From a virus (taxonomy: Duplodnaviria > Caudoviricetes): a stretch of 47,244 nucleotides of DNA. Location of the stretch: the IMG/VR virus record IMGVR_UViG_3300025014_000154, positions 1 to 47,244 of that record; one strand, written 5' to 3'. Positions 1 to 9,082 of this stretch are shown here, piece after piece (within the stretch, counting starts at the first letter, position 1; every line of letters starts with the position of its first letter). Under the pieces are notes generated by a model. The model ran no database searches. It saw only the letters and a program-made list of their open reading frames with translations, and was not told the DNA's origin. The position numbers and the translations under genes are program-made.

Positions 1-1728
1 GCCGTTCACAGTACGCTCCGTCAATCGCGCAAGCTCGTGGATGACAATCTCTACAACCAAGCCGATGTTGGCCAACTCAAGCAACTCAACCTTTGTCTCC
101 CTGGCCATGTTGAGCGAGTTCTTGATCGTCTTTACGTACTCAACCTGCCCTTGCAGCGAATCTCGGATTTCGACAATCTTGTGCCTCTCTTCCTTGGGGA
201 GCTGCTTACCAATCTCCTCCACAGCGCGAATCGTCTTCTTGAGGGTCTCTTCGGACTTCTTGAGCGATTCAGTCGTCGATTCTTCAGCGATGGCGATTTT
301 CGCTTCGGCTTCTCGGATTGCGTTAATGTGGAGACGAAGATCCTTGACGATGACGTCCCCCAGAAGACTTTTTAGCAAGGACTGCTCAGGGCACGCTACC
401 AGGCGCTCCCGATTCGCCGAATCGATCAGGTATGGATTATTCGCGGAAGAGATGCTGACACCGCCTATGGTCTGATAGCGATTCAGCGCGAAACCCTTCG
501 CCCTCAGTGCGCCGCTGTCCCATTCCAGCCAGTCGTCCTCCATTCCACCGGTCTTACCCACACGGAAGTTGTCTCGGTACAGGGCGAAGCCGCCACACCA
601 CTGGTTCAACTCCTCGGCGATTTCGGTGCGCGTCTTCTCCACAGATCCCGACAACATCTGCCGATTGAACCAAAGGCAGTTCGCAACGAAGGAGCCAAGA
701 CGCGCGAATGTCTCCGCCGGAAGTGCGAGTTGCTGCGTCAGCTCGCCCATCGCCCAGGCTCTCGTTTCGGGCGAAGTTGAGTCCTTCCACTGAAGACTAC
801 GGCGCAGAATCTGTTTGGTGCCCTCAATGCCACGCGGATCAAACACGATCTCCGCTTTAAACTGCGCGGCACGCTCCAACCACGCAGGAAGCGACGCGAT
901 CGGCTGCCGCTTTCCGTTGAGCACAATATCTACAGGATACGGTCGCTGCTCTTTGGAAAAAGGGTCCTGCAACCGGCGCATATAGCGCTGGATGAACTGC
1001 TGGACTTTCTCCTGCGTCCAGTTGCCTGCTAGTTCCTTGATTTCGATCTCAGTGCCTTGCTTCGCCACGGCAGCAGGGCCTGCATCCTCTACGTTGACTT
1101 CGACGTTGTCCAGAAAGAGATGAGGATCATCGAATTTGTCCCATCTGAACTCGATGCTGTTCGATCGGTCACTTCCTTTCTGTGTCGATTTCACGGTAGC
1201 AAGATTCCCGAGTCGCATCATCGAAAGTCGGCCGATACCTTTCTCGCCCAGGATCGGGGTATCGCCGGGACAAGCTGCGGCCTTGGCAAGCAACTTCCCC
1301 GGGGTTCCAATGACTAGAAAGCGCTCTACGAGGTCATCGGCACTCATCCCCAAGCCATCATCGGACACCTTCAGTGATTGTTCTGCCCGGAAAATCCTAA
1401 CGTTGTTTGCAAACTCGGTACGATACTCCAAAAACTTGTGCAGACGTTCAATCAGTTCAGCTCGCTGGGTGACAGTAAGGTCCGGAGCGATCGCCTTGTC
1501 GACGCGCTCAATCGCCTCTTGCTGCGTCACCTTTTCGTGACGAATCTGTTCCTCTAGTAGCGCCAGAGCATCCAAGTCAGCGAACGACTCAATCTCAACT
1601 TTGACTCGCGGCGAACGTGCGTCAAATGCGTTCTTGATGAGCTCATTGAGCGCAACGTCATCAGACGTGATTAGTTCCGCGCCCAACTGTCGTAAGGCGC
1701 GCGCTGCAATCCGAAATCCTCCAGCCAT
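1..1728 (-). CDS. GHKL (HATPase_c/MORC-like) ATPase fused to histidine-kinase domain; 3' end outside window
   Basis: Not in ORF track; translated by hand at the start, several internal points and the window edge. ATG at 1728 after GAGGAG. MAGGFRIAARALRQLGAELITSDDVALNELIKNAFDA (N box), VSDDGLGMS (G1), GEKGIGRLS (G2), and LANIGLVVEIVIHELARL (HisKA-like H box) near base 1, all in one frame. Confidence 0.85.
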   Translation of the reverse strand, partial: MAGGFRIAARALRQLGAELITSDDVALNELIKNAFDARSPRVKVEIESFADLDALALLEEQIRHEKVTQQEAIERVDKAIAPDLTVTQRAELIERLHKFLEYRTEFANNVRIFRAEQSLKVSDDGLGMSADDLVERFLVIGTPGKLLAKAAACPGDTPILGEKGIGRLSMMRLGNLATVKSTQKGSDRSNSIEFRWDKFDDPHLFLDNVEVNVEDAGPAAVAKQGTEIEIKELAGNWTQEKVQQFIQRYMRRLQDPFSKEQRPYPVDIVLNGKRQPIASLPAWLERAAQFKAEIVFDPRGIEGTKQILRRSLQWKDSTSPETRAWAMGELTQQLALPAETFARLGSFVANCLWFNRQMLSGSVEKTRTEIAEELNQWCGGFALYRDNFRVGKTGGMEDDWLEWDSGALRAKGFALNRYQTIGGVSISSANNPYLIDSANRERLVACPEQSLLKSLLGDVIVKDLRLHINAIREAEAKIAIAEESTTESLKKSEETLKKTIRAVEEIGKQLPKEERHKIVEIRDSLQGQVEYVKTIKNSLNMARETKVELLELANIGLVVEIVIHELARLTERTVNG

Positions 1729-1765
1729 GTTGTTCTCCTCTCAGCCAGCCACCGAGCGCGGGGGC

Positions 1766-2608
1766 CTATTTGTGGCAGACCACGCAGGCTCCGCCTCCCT
1801 CATCTTCGCCATAGACATCATCGATGTCGTCCGGGCATTCCTTGACCGGGCGCAGAGGGTTGATCGGAATGCTCCTGCGCAAGCGAGCGCGGCGAATCTC
1901 GTATTCAGCCTTGATCTCTGCAATGCGTTCGGGCTTCTCCATGTCCCATAGCGACTCGCCTTTTGACCAAGTGAAGGGCGATCCATGCTCCAAGGCGTCC
2001 TTCTCAAGTTCCTTGGCCTTCTCGTAGTCATCTGGATGCTGTTCCCTCAGGCGGACCCATTCAATCTTCTGCTGGAAAAAGCAGAAAGTGCAGCCGCTGC
2101 GTGAGCGCCACTCGTAATACTTCGGGTAGCCGACCCCTGATGATTCCAGGATGTCGACGACGCCTGGCTTGTCGATTCCAGCCTCGCGGAAGGGCAGCCG
2201 GACGAACAGGTTGTCAGCCTTTGCCGAGTAGCCTTCGCGATAGTCTTCATCGGCTCGGATCGCTACATACGTGAAGACTTTGTCGCCAGCCGCCAGCCAA
2301 GGCTTAATCCATTCTTCAAAAGGCCGCAGCTTCAACATACGAGTGCACCAGCGGGTTTGAGGGCTGGGCAGAAAGTGGTTGTATTCGCGCAGCCAAAAGC
2401 GGAAGTCCCTGCGTGGATTGAGCCGCGCGATCGGCTTGCCGAGATAGCCTTCGAGGCGCCCAAGGAATTCGTAAACTTCTGGGAGCTCTTCACCCGTGTC
2501 GGTGAAGAAGTAGTCGATGTCCAGCTCGGGATGCTTGTCGCGCATCCAGACGGCCAGAGCCGCGCTGTCCTTGCCTCCGGAGATTCCCAAGACGTGCCGT
2601 TCAACCAT
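1766..2608 (-). CDS. sspD: PAPS reductase family protein, SspD-like phosphorothioation sulfurtransferase
   Basis: SGGKDS PP-loop, LPSPQTRWCTRMLK, RSRSGCTFCFFQ, C-terminal CVVCHK; 8-bp overlap with upstream ATPase; DUF4007-ATPase-PAPS reductase order. Confidence 0.75.
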   Translation of the reverse strand: MVERHVLGISGGKDSAALAVWMRDKHPELDIDYFFTDTGEELPEVYEFLGRLEGYLGKPIARLNPRRDFRFWLREYNHFLPSPQTRWCTRMLKLRPFEEWIKPWLAAGDKVFTYVAIRADEDYREGYSAKADNLFVRLPFREAGIDKPGVVDILESSGVGYPKYYEWRSRSGCTFCFFQQKIEWVRLREQHPDDYEKAKELEKDALEHGSPFTWSKGESLWDMEKPERIAEIKAEYEIRRARLRRSIPINPLRPVKECPDDIDDVYGEDEGGGACVVCHK

Positions 2609-5600
2609 TTGATTCCTCCTTGTTCGTCGCCAGCCTCATGCCGGTTTTGGCCAAAATGGCCAGCAATACGTCAGTGCCCAAGCCTTGGCTTTGCAGCATC
2701 GAAACCAGCTCGTCAGCCTTGTCGTCAACGGTCTTGCGATGGCGCTCAGAGATGGCGAACGTGCGGGAGATCGTCCTAGTATCCGAACCAGCTCCGATGA
2801 CCACTGCAATGGCTTCGCTGCGGGCCTTGCGGCCTTGAATCGAGACAAAAGCCTCCGCCTCACGGAAACGCCGCGCGAACTGGAAGAGCTCTAATAGGGC
2901 TGCATCGATGTGCCGATCCACCCAATCTCGGGGTGGCTTGTCGGCTGCCAGACTCAGTAGGCCTTCGAGTGACTCGCGAGAGCCATCGTAGGAGCCAAGG
3001 CGAGTCGAAAACGCATCCAGTCGGAAATTCCCGGCGACGCCAGCCACAGACTTAGCCCGGTTTCGCAGCGACTCCAAATCCTCGCGAGTCGCGTCGAGTG
3101 CTTCGAGCATCTTGGCCTCGACTTCCGCGAGCATCTTTGGATAGGCGGTCGCAATCTCCTGCAACGGCGCGCGCAGCTCCTTCACATACGATTTGCCATC
3201 TGCTGCGCCAAGCAAGGAGGCCAAGTCGACAAACAAGACTTTGTGGGGATCATTGGCCTTGAGCAGCATCTCCCGTATGGCCTTTGCCGTATCGCCAATG
3301 CGTTGGGTGCGCCGCGACCATTCGGGCAGGTTGAAGACCATGGCGACCAGGCCCCTAGCGGCATCGAGTGGGTCCGAAGTGCCTGCCTTCTCGCCAACCT
3401 CGGCAAGAAGCTTGGATATGCCTTCGAGGATGCTGTTCTTGTCTTCGTCGATGGCAATCCAGCGCAGAGTGAAGCGCGATGGGTCTTGCAGGCATTCGTC
3501 GATGTCCACATCACCTAACCTCGGAATGAACATGCCTTCTTTGTAAACGGCCACATTGGCTTTGTGAGCTAGCAGGAAGGCGGTCAGAAACACAGGGAGG
3601 ATGCCTCGCTTCATGCCAAAAGGCGGCTGGCTCCATCGCTCATAGATCGCATCAACGCCAACGCGGGCGCTGGTGTCGGCGAAAAGCTCCTTTGTGGATT
3701 TCCATAGCTCGGCGAACCCTGTGCCTGAGGCCTCAGAAGGGTAGCAGAAGCGCCATGAATCGCCTTCCTTGCGGTAGAGGTCTGAGGCTGCAAGCAGGGT
3801 GTCGAACAGGCCTCGCTCCGCAGGAAATCCTTCGATGCCCAATCGCTCTTGGCCTTCGGCATTGATCATCGCGTGCAGCAGATCGCGCCTTGCTTTTACG
3901 CTGTTGCTCGAAACGCTGTCACGGTTGACCAACTCGCTCCAAACAGGCGGACAGGACCAATAGATCTTATCGGCGAGGACGGAGGCGACAGGCGAAAGCT
4001 TGGCGCCCGGTTCGATGACTTCTTCGCTGCCGTCATGCCACTTGGACAGGGAGACGGCGGCTTGGAGCTGGTCCTCCAGGTCTGATCGGGTGGCTGCAAG
4101 GCGGGCAAAGACTTCGCGGCGGGCAACGGGATCGCTGCCCAGCTCGTGGCGTTCCTTGACTTGTTCGAGCGCAACCAATTCGGCCGATAGCTCAGAAATG
4201 CGGGCATGGTTGGACGGGATGCCAACCAAGACCGGCCAAGGTTCCATGCGAGCGCAGGCTTGGGCCCTCTTGCGGGCCTCGCGGGCGGACATTCCTCTGC
4301 TAGGGAGGGCAAGGATGAACTGCCCGAATTCGCCGCGTTGCGGCTCGTAGCCTTGGGCGATCTTCTCGGCTTGTTCGACGCTGCGCAGTGACAGCTCCAT
4401 CCATCGCATGGAGCCTTTCTCGTGGTAGTGCCGCTTGGCGACCACAGGATGTATGCCCATGAGTTGAGAGAGCTTGGCGTAATCGATGCCAGCGGACGCG
4501 GCCAACGCTTGGGCGATGGCTGCATCGATGTCAAAGTCGCTGCCTTCGAAGACAGACCAAGCCCCTGTGTAGCTCTTGAATAAGGCGACTTTCAGCGATG
4601 CGAGCTTGCGCAGAGCCTCATCGATTTCTTCTTGAGGAACCTTGTAGAACAAAGCCGAGAGCACTGGCAAATCGGCAGCCAGGCCGGAGCCGTTGCGGAA
4701 CATGTCGATGATGGCGATGTTCTTGATCATCGACACCAGCAGCGGTTCGCCCGATTTGGCTTCGGCCCGCTCGACGGCCTCGACCGCTTGGGACCAGCGG
4801 TGGCCATCGGGTGAGGCCAGGATCGCAGGCTCGAGGTTCGAGCGCAGATAATCCCAATAGTCGCTCGGGCGATACCAAGTCGCTTGGCTCAGCGGAGTAG
4901 ATTGGAGGTAGGAGCGGAATCCATGGGCTTCGACCGAGGAGAGAAAGCCGAACGTGCTGCGCTCGTTTTGCCCAAATTGGCGCTTGGAGATCGGTCCGAG
5001 CAGGGCGGCCATGGCAGGGTGAAGCGGCCAGCATCGAGCCAATGCAGCAGCGAAGTCTTTCCCGACCGCGGGCCGCCTCGAACGAATGGCTTCCGCGACA
5101 ATGTTCGACGCGTCGAGCATCCACTCCAGGCACCGCTTGGCTTTGATCGCGCGGCCGATGAGCTCGACAACTTCATCGCTTACCGCGACGAATGGAAGAT
5201 CAAGGTAGCGGCCTTGGACCTTGGCCCAATCGTCTCGGGTGTCGATGCCTAGCCGGGCTGAATACTGTGCGAATGATTGATGCAGAACACCGACGACGAC
5301 TAGGCGGCCTTCCGCGCGGGCGGAGGCCTCAGCCAATTCTTGGAAGAAGTAGACATCGTCTCCTGATCCGAGGGCGGAGGCTTCAAGGAACTTGCCCATC
5401 TCGTCGATGAAAACCAAGACGCCATCGTTGTGGAGCTCCTTTGCTTCCGCGAGCAGATCGGCGATGACGCTTTGCGCAGTAGGCTTGTTGCGGCCATCGA
5501 AACTCTTGCCTTGGGCCTTGCGGATGGCCGCGCCCAACTCGGAAACGACGCTTCCGCGTCGGCCCACTGTCGGGACGACAAGCCACCCCTTGCGGACCGG

Positions 5601-5930
5601 GAAGGCTTTGTCGAACGCTGGCTTGGAGTCAAGCTGCAAGGCGGAGCGGGCTTTCACTCGCAAGGCTTTGTCGGGGTGTAGAGCGCTCGCGAGGGCAACG
5701 GCCAATGAGGACTTGCCTCCGCCAAAGGGCCCGGTCCACGTGAAGCTGCGCTGATTGGTCCCGGCGACTTGCCGACACATCCCATCGATCACCGAAGATG
5801 CGGTCGAATGGAAGATGTAGCCATCCAAAGCGTCGGCCCGGCCGATGTCCGCATCGATCCGAATCGATCGTTGGTATTGGCGCGAAATTTGGACGATGTC
5901 CGAGAGCGCCTGTTCTTTTGTTTCAGTCAT
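2601..5930 (-). CDS. sspC: Large P-loop ATPase, SspC-like (about 1109 aa)
   Basis: Walker A GPFGGGKS, Walker B VLVFIDEMGK; start moved to MTETKEQ (5930), which overlaps the DUF4007 stop (ATGACTGA). Confidence 0.7.
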   Translation of the reverse strand: MTETKEQALSDIVQISRQYQRSIRIDADIGRADALDGYIFHSTASSVIDGMCRQVAGTNQRSFTWTGPFGGGKSSLAVALASALHPDKALRVKARSALQLDSKPAFDKAFPVRKGWLVVPTVGRRGSVVSELGAAIRKAQGKSFDGRNKPTAQSVIADLLAEAKELHNDGVLVFIDEMGKFLEASALGSGDDVYFFQELAEASARAEGRLVVVGVLHQSFAQYSARLGIDTRDDWAKVQGRYLDLPFVAVSDEVVELIGRAIKAKRCLEWMLDASNIVAEAIRSRRPAVGKDFAAALARCWPLHPAMAALLGPISKRQFGQNERSTFGFLSSVEAHGFRSYLQSTPLSQATWYRPSDYWDYLRSNLEPAILASPDGHRWSQAVEAVERAEAKSGEPLLVSMIKNIAIIDMFRNGSGLAADLPVLSALFYKVPQEEIDEALRKLASLKVALFKSYTGAWSVFEGSDFDIDAAIAQALAASAGIDYAKLSQLMGIHPVVAKRHYHEKGSMRWMELSLRSVEQAEKIAQGYEPQRGEFGQFILALPSRGMSAREARKRAQACARMEPWPVLVGIPSNHARISELSAELVALEQVKERHELGSDPVARREVFARLAATRSDLEDQLQAAVSLSKWHDGSEEVIEPGAKLSPVASVLADKIYWSCPPVWSELVNRDSVSSNSVKARRDLLHAMINAEGQERLGIEGFPAERGLFDTLLAASDLYRKEGDSWRFCYPSEASGTGFAELWKSTKELFADTSARVGVDAIYERWSQPPFGMKRGILPVFLTAFLLAHKANVAVYKEGMFIPRLGDVDIDECLQDPSRFTLRWIAIDEDKNSILEGISKLLAEVGEKAGTSDPLDAARGLVAMVFNLPEWSRRTQRIGDTAKAIREMLLKANDPHKVLFVDLASLLGAADGKSYVKELRAPLQEIATAYPKMLAEVEAKMLEALDATREDLESLRNRAKSVAGVAGNFRLDAFSTRLGSYDGSRESLEGLLSLAADKPPRDWVDRHIDAALLELFQFARRFREAEAFVSIQGRKARSEAIAVVIGAGSDTRTISRTFAISERHRKTVDDKADELVSMLQSQGLGTDVLLAILAKTGMRLATNKEESNG

Positions 5931-6846
5931 AGGCGCGCGTGACCATTTCTTTTCGGTCCTCTTTGCATAGGGGTTTGCGGTGGACTTGGCGCAAACCGGC
6001 GGAGTCGGTCCACGCGAGCTTTCCACCTGTGAAGTCGGCAAGCGCGATCAACCGTTGCGCGATCGACTCTTCGTCGAGCTTAAAGACCCGTCCCGGTGAG
6101 CCTTCTGCATAAGCGACAGTTTCGAATGCCAGTGAACTTTGGCCGTCTGCAGTCCGATCCCAAAAGTCGATCAAAGCGTATGCGAAGGCTCCGTCATGGA
6201 GAGACGCCTTTGGGCCGCGGCGGAAGGCGTATTGGCCCTTGTGGACCTCTTGGAGCAGGCCCAACTCGCCAAGGAGGGGTTCTGCAAAATCTTCAGGCGA
6301 TCCACCGGCGGTCCGCGGTGCGTAGCTGCGCAGGCAGGTCTCCAAGTCGCGCGAAAGCGTCGAAGCGGAGAGGCGATGTTTGGGATCGAGGTCGCGGGCG
6401 TATCGGGCCAACGGCTCTTCGAGCTCTTGTCGTGTGAAAGTGGGGGCCGTCACATGGTTGAACAGCCATTGCCATGTCGTGGAGCGATAGCAGTGGCCGG
6501 CAAGCTGCCAATGGGCTAGCCAAGCAGTCGTTGGATTCTCCGCGTAGGGGTCGAGTCCTCCGTCTTGCAGTATCTCCATAGCGAGGCCGCCAACGCGGAA
6601 GCTATCACCCTCCTCGAACATGATCCCGCAAGCCAAAGCCCAATGGCGGATCGAAGACACCATGTTCTTGCCGACCCCGAAAGCAGCGATCGCGGCTTCG
6701 TCGGTGAAGGTGGACTTCTTGATTAAGCCACCTTCGACGGTCTGCTCGAACGCCTTCTTGAGCCACATTTGACGCAGTGGGAATGTCTCATGGCCCGAAA
6801 AATGGGTGCGAGTTCCTCGACTGAGTTTTGAAGTGACGGTATTCAT
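5923..6846 (-). CDS. sspB: DUF4007 family protein, SspB-like
   Basis: FSGHETFPLRQMWLKK and GVGKNMVSSIRHWA are characteristic DUF4007 N-terminal motifs; first gene of the operon. Confidence 0.8.
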   Translation of the reverse strand: MNTVTSKLSRGTRTHFSGHETFPLRQMWLKKAFEQTVEGGLIKKSTFTDEAAIAAFGVGKNMVSSIRHWALACGIMFEEGDSFRVGGLAMEILQDGGLDPYAENPTTAWLAHWQLAGHCYRSTTWQWLFNHVTAPTFTRQELEEPLARYARDLDPKHRLSASTLSRDLETCLRSYAPRTAGGSPEDFAEPLLGELGLLQEVHKGQYAFRRGPKASLHDGAFAYALIDFWDRTADGQSSLAFETVAYAEGSPGRVFKLDEESIAQRLIALADFTGGKLAWTDSAGLRQVHRKPLCKEDRKEMVTRAYD

Positions 6847-6901
6847 TGTTGCAGTTTAATCCGAACTGGTGGGTTTCACCAGTTTGGAGGTCTTATTATT
6901 A

Positions 6902-6917
6902 CTGTTTATAATAACAG
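6902..6917. promoter_or_regulatory. Putative LexA (SOS) box upstream of the ssp-like operon
   Basis: CTGT-TTATAATA-ACAG matches CTGT-N8-ACAG with an AT-rich spacer, 55 bp upstream of the DUF4007 ATG. Confidence 0.6.
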
Positions 6918-7140
6918 TTACTGGTGGGCCAGTAACCATCGTTGAATGCCACGCCTGCGAGCACTGCATGATGGAGTGGCAGATTGCTCTTAGGCCCTTG
7001 ACGTGGATTTACGGCAAACCAATGGCAAAATGCTCCTACTCTCGTCGAGCACAGTAGGCTAGGCAATATCCGCTTGTTGTCATAAATCAAAAGGATAATT
7101 TCCTGCTTAGTAGCGGCCTAGTCCTATAAATTGGCCTGCC

Positions 7141-7365
7141 GCCAAGGTTGAAGGTGAAGTCCACGATGGCAAAAAGTCACCATTCGGGTATGGCTGCAAG
7201 CATTGGAAATTAGCGCAGCGTTGCGGTGAACGCCGTCAATAGGTCCTGAGTCAGATAGACCTCAGCTTCAGCCTCAGACATCGGCGGTTGCGATGGTTTG
7301 CGCAGGTGACCGAAACTAAAGGTCCGGAATTCAACTGGACAAATATACGAATGTGCCCAACGCAG
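7141..7365 (-). pseudogene. Degenerate partial copy of phage lysozyme gene
   Basis: Translates LRWAHSYICPVEFRTFSFGHLRKPSQPPMSEAEAEVYLTQDLLTAFTATLR*FPMLAAIPEW*LFAIVDFTFNLG, colinear with the intact lysozyme; stops at 7210-7212 and 7177-7179. Confidence 0.85.
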
Positions 7366-7675
7366 GTGCGACAGGCGGTGAATCGAAAATTGTCAGCTTG
7401 TGATTTTTCGTGAGTGGGACGGCCGCTCAGTCAAACTTTCGCGCCAATTCCCAGCGAAGTCGTAGCTGGGTGCCAGAACCTGATCGCAATACCAGAACTT
7501 GGTGAAGGCAGCGACATCTAGAGAGATACCAGTGCGCCTGTCCGTCGGCATCCATCGCCCACCAACGGGCTGTCTTGGGGGCTTCATTCCAATTAATCAT
7601 GGTGCAACTCGGAAGGATGGCGAGGCTTTGAATGTTATCCCGAACTCGGTAAATTTGATAAGCGAAATGTGCTGT

Positions 7676-8134
7676 CTATATCAGTCGCAAAGCTTCTGCC
7701 TCGCGCCTTATGACGAGTCCTGGAAGAACCTTTCCGCCGCCATAGACCCAGCGGCGCAGTTCCTGCCCAGCAACGGCCCAATCCAGCTGATTGATTCGTC
7801 GTCGTAACGTCGAGGCCTGAAGCCGACCCGCACCAAGGTTAAAAGTGAAGTCAACGATGGCAGCCAACCTCGATTCAGACTCAGTAGCCAATACAGGGCA
7901 ATACCGCAATGTTGCGGCTAGCGCCGTCATCAAGTCTTGGGCAAGATACACCTCGGCTTCAGCCTCAGTTATCGGCGGGTGGTCTGGCTTGCAAAGATGC
8001 CCAAACCCCACAGTCCAAAACCCGGCAGGACAAATGTAGGGATGGGCTCGGCGTAACGGGTCGTTTTTCGGCACCTTGTGAAACCCCTCAAACCGCTTGG
8101 CCAGCTCCACGGCTGCTTGGGGTACGGCGATCAT
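7676..8134 (-). CDS. Phage lysozyme (GH24 endolysin)
   Basis: KRFEGF, YICPAGFWTVGFGH, AIVDFTFNLGAG, RWVYGGGKVLPGLVIRREAE. Confidence 0.92.
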   Translation of the reverse strand: MIAVPQAAVELAKRFEGFHKVPKNDPLRRAHPYICPAGFWTVGFGHLCKPDHPPITEAEAEVYLAQDLMTALAATLRYCPVLATESESRLAAIVDFTFNLGAGRLQASTLRRRINQLDWAVAGQELRRWVYGGGKVLPGLVIRREAEALRLI

Positions 8135-8616
8135 GGCAAGTGCCTCCAGGTTTCATGTCGTTTGATAGACAAGAGTGTCGAACCGGCGATCCCGTATTCA
8201 GCGCAAATTTCGCGTGAACGTCGGCGATCATGGCGGATTGCGATTACCTGATCTGGTCTGAGTTTTGCGCTCGGATTTCGATCACCGACGGAGGAATGCC
8301 GTCGCCCTTTTCGAACCATGTCGAGAACGTTTTCCCGCTGTGTCGCAGCAAACAAGTGACTTGGGTTGACACATGCCCTGTTGTCACAGACATGGCAGAC
8401 GACTTGACCATCCGGTATAGCCCCCAATTTAAGTTCAAAGGAAACCCTGTGTGCTCTCAACAACGGCCTTCCACCGTTGGCTCCAATCGTGCCGTAGCCT
8501 CTCGTATCAATCGATCCGATCCACGGCCAGCACTCATTCACGCTGCGCACATCCACCTTTTCCCAAAACCGTTCAGCAAGCGGCCGGGCTTGGCGACCTT
8601 TATGAGCGTGCATCAC
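8131..8616 (-). CDS. HNH homing endonuclease-like protein
   Basis: ERFWEKVD...CWPW...GYG, RAHRVSF, VCHVCDNRACVNPSHL; overlaps both flanking lysis genes. Start could be ATG at 8613. Confidence 0.85.
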   Translation of the reverse strand: MMHAHKGRQARPLAERFWEKVDVRSVNECWPWIGSIDTRGYGTIGANGGRPLLRAHRVSFELKLGAIPDGQVVCHVCDNRACVNPSHLFAATQRENVLDMVRKGRRHSSVGDRNPSAKLRPDQVIAIRHDRRRSREICAEYGIAGSTLLSIKRHETWRHLP

Positions 8617-9082
8617 GACGCTCCCAAACTCTGCCGACGTACCAAAAATTCAGCACCCCAGCCCACAGCGCCTGATCAGCATCAGTCCAGCCAGCCTGCA
8701 CTGCGATAACCCAAGATGCACCGCCGTTGAGGGCAGCAAAGAAGGCTGTAGCCTTGGCCGCGCAGTACAACGCCATGAAGAGATAGGTGATCACGGGGCG
8801 CACGCTGGTGGACAGCGCATCGGCCCACTTCACACCCGATGGCCTGCCCTGGCCAGCCACTGCTTCTTTAAAAGCCTCCATTGCGCCGGTGTTCCAGGCG
8901 GCATCGGCAGTCGCGCCAATCTCAAGCATGCGCGATGCGCCACGCACCTTCTCGAATTCAAGCGCCTTGTCTTGCATGGCCAGTTCGTGGCTACGCTCGC
9001 CCTTGCGGTCCAGCCATTTCAGCAACTCTGGAGCCAAACGAAACGCCCCACCCAACAACCCACCCAGAAGTGTTTCGATCAT
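8600..9082 (-). CDS. Putative holin-like membrane protein
   Basis: Hydrophobic N-terminus, SVRPVITYLF, C-terminal VLNFWY; position in lysis cassette. Confidence 0.6.
   Translation of the reverse strand: MIETLLGGLLGGAFRLAPELLKWLDRKGERSHELAMQDKALEFEKVRGASRMLEIGATADAAWNTGAMEAFKEAVAGQGRPSGVKWADALSTSVRPVITYLFMALYCAAKATAFFAALNGGASWVIAVQAGWTDADQALWAGVLNFWYVGRVWERRDARS

Noticed and set aside
5931-6041. N-terminal extension of the ATPase given in the ORF track
   Set aside because: It overlaps the DUF4007 gene by over 100 bp; the ATG at 5930 gives a typical coupled 8-bp overlap.
1766-6846. Type 4 BREX or DndBCDE system
   Set aside because: No PglZ, BrxL or DndB/D/E-like gene seen in the window; separate DUF4007, ATPase and short PAPS reductase in this order fit SspBCD better. 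Genes beyond the left edge are unknown.
7393-7587. 64-aa minus-strand ORF between lysozyme and its relic
   Set aside because: No recognisable motif or clear SD; could be a gene fragment but cannot be supported.
7141-8134. Lysozyme relic and intact gene as a DGR template/variable repeat pair
   Set aside because: Differences involve all four bases rather than adenines only, and no reverse transcriptase is present in the window.
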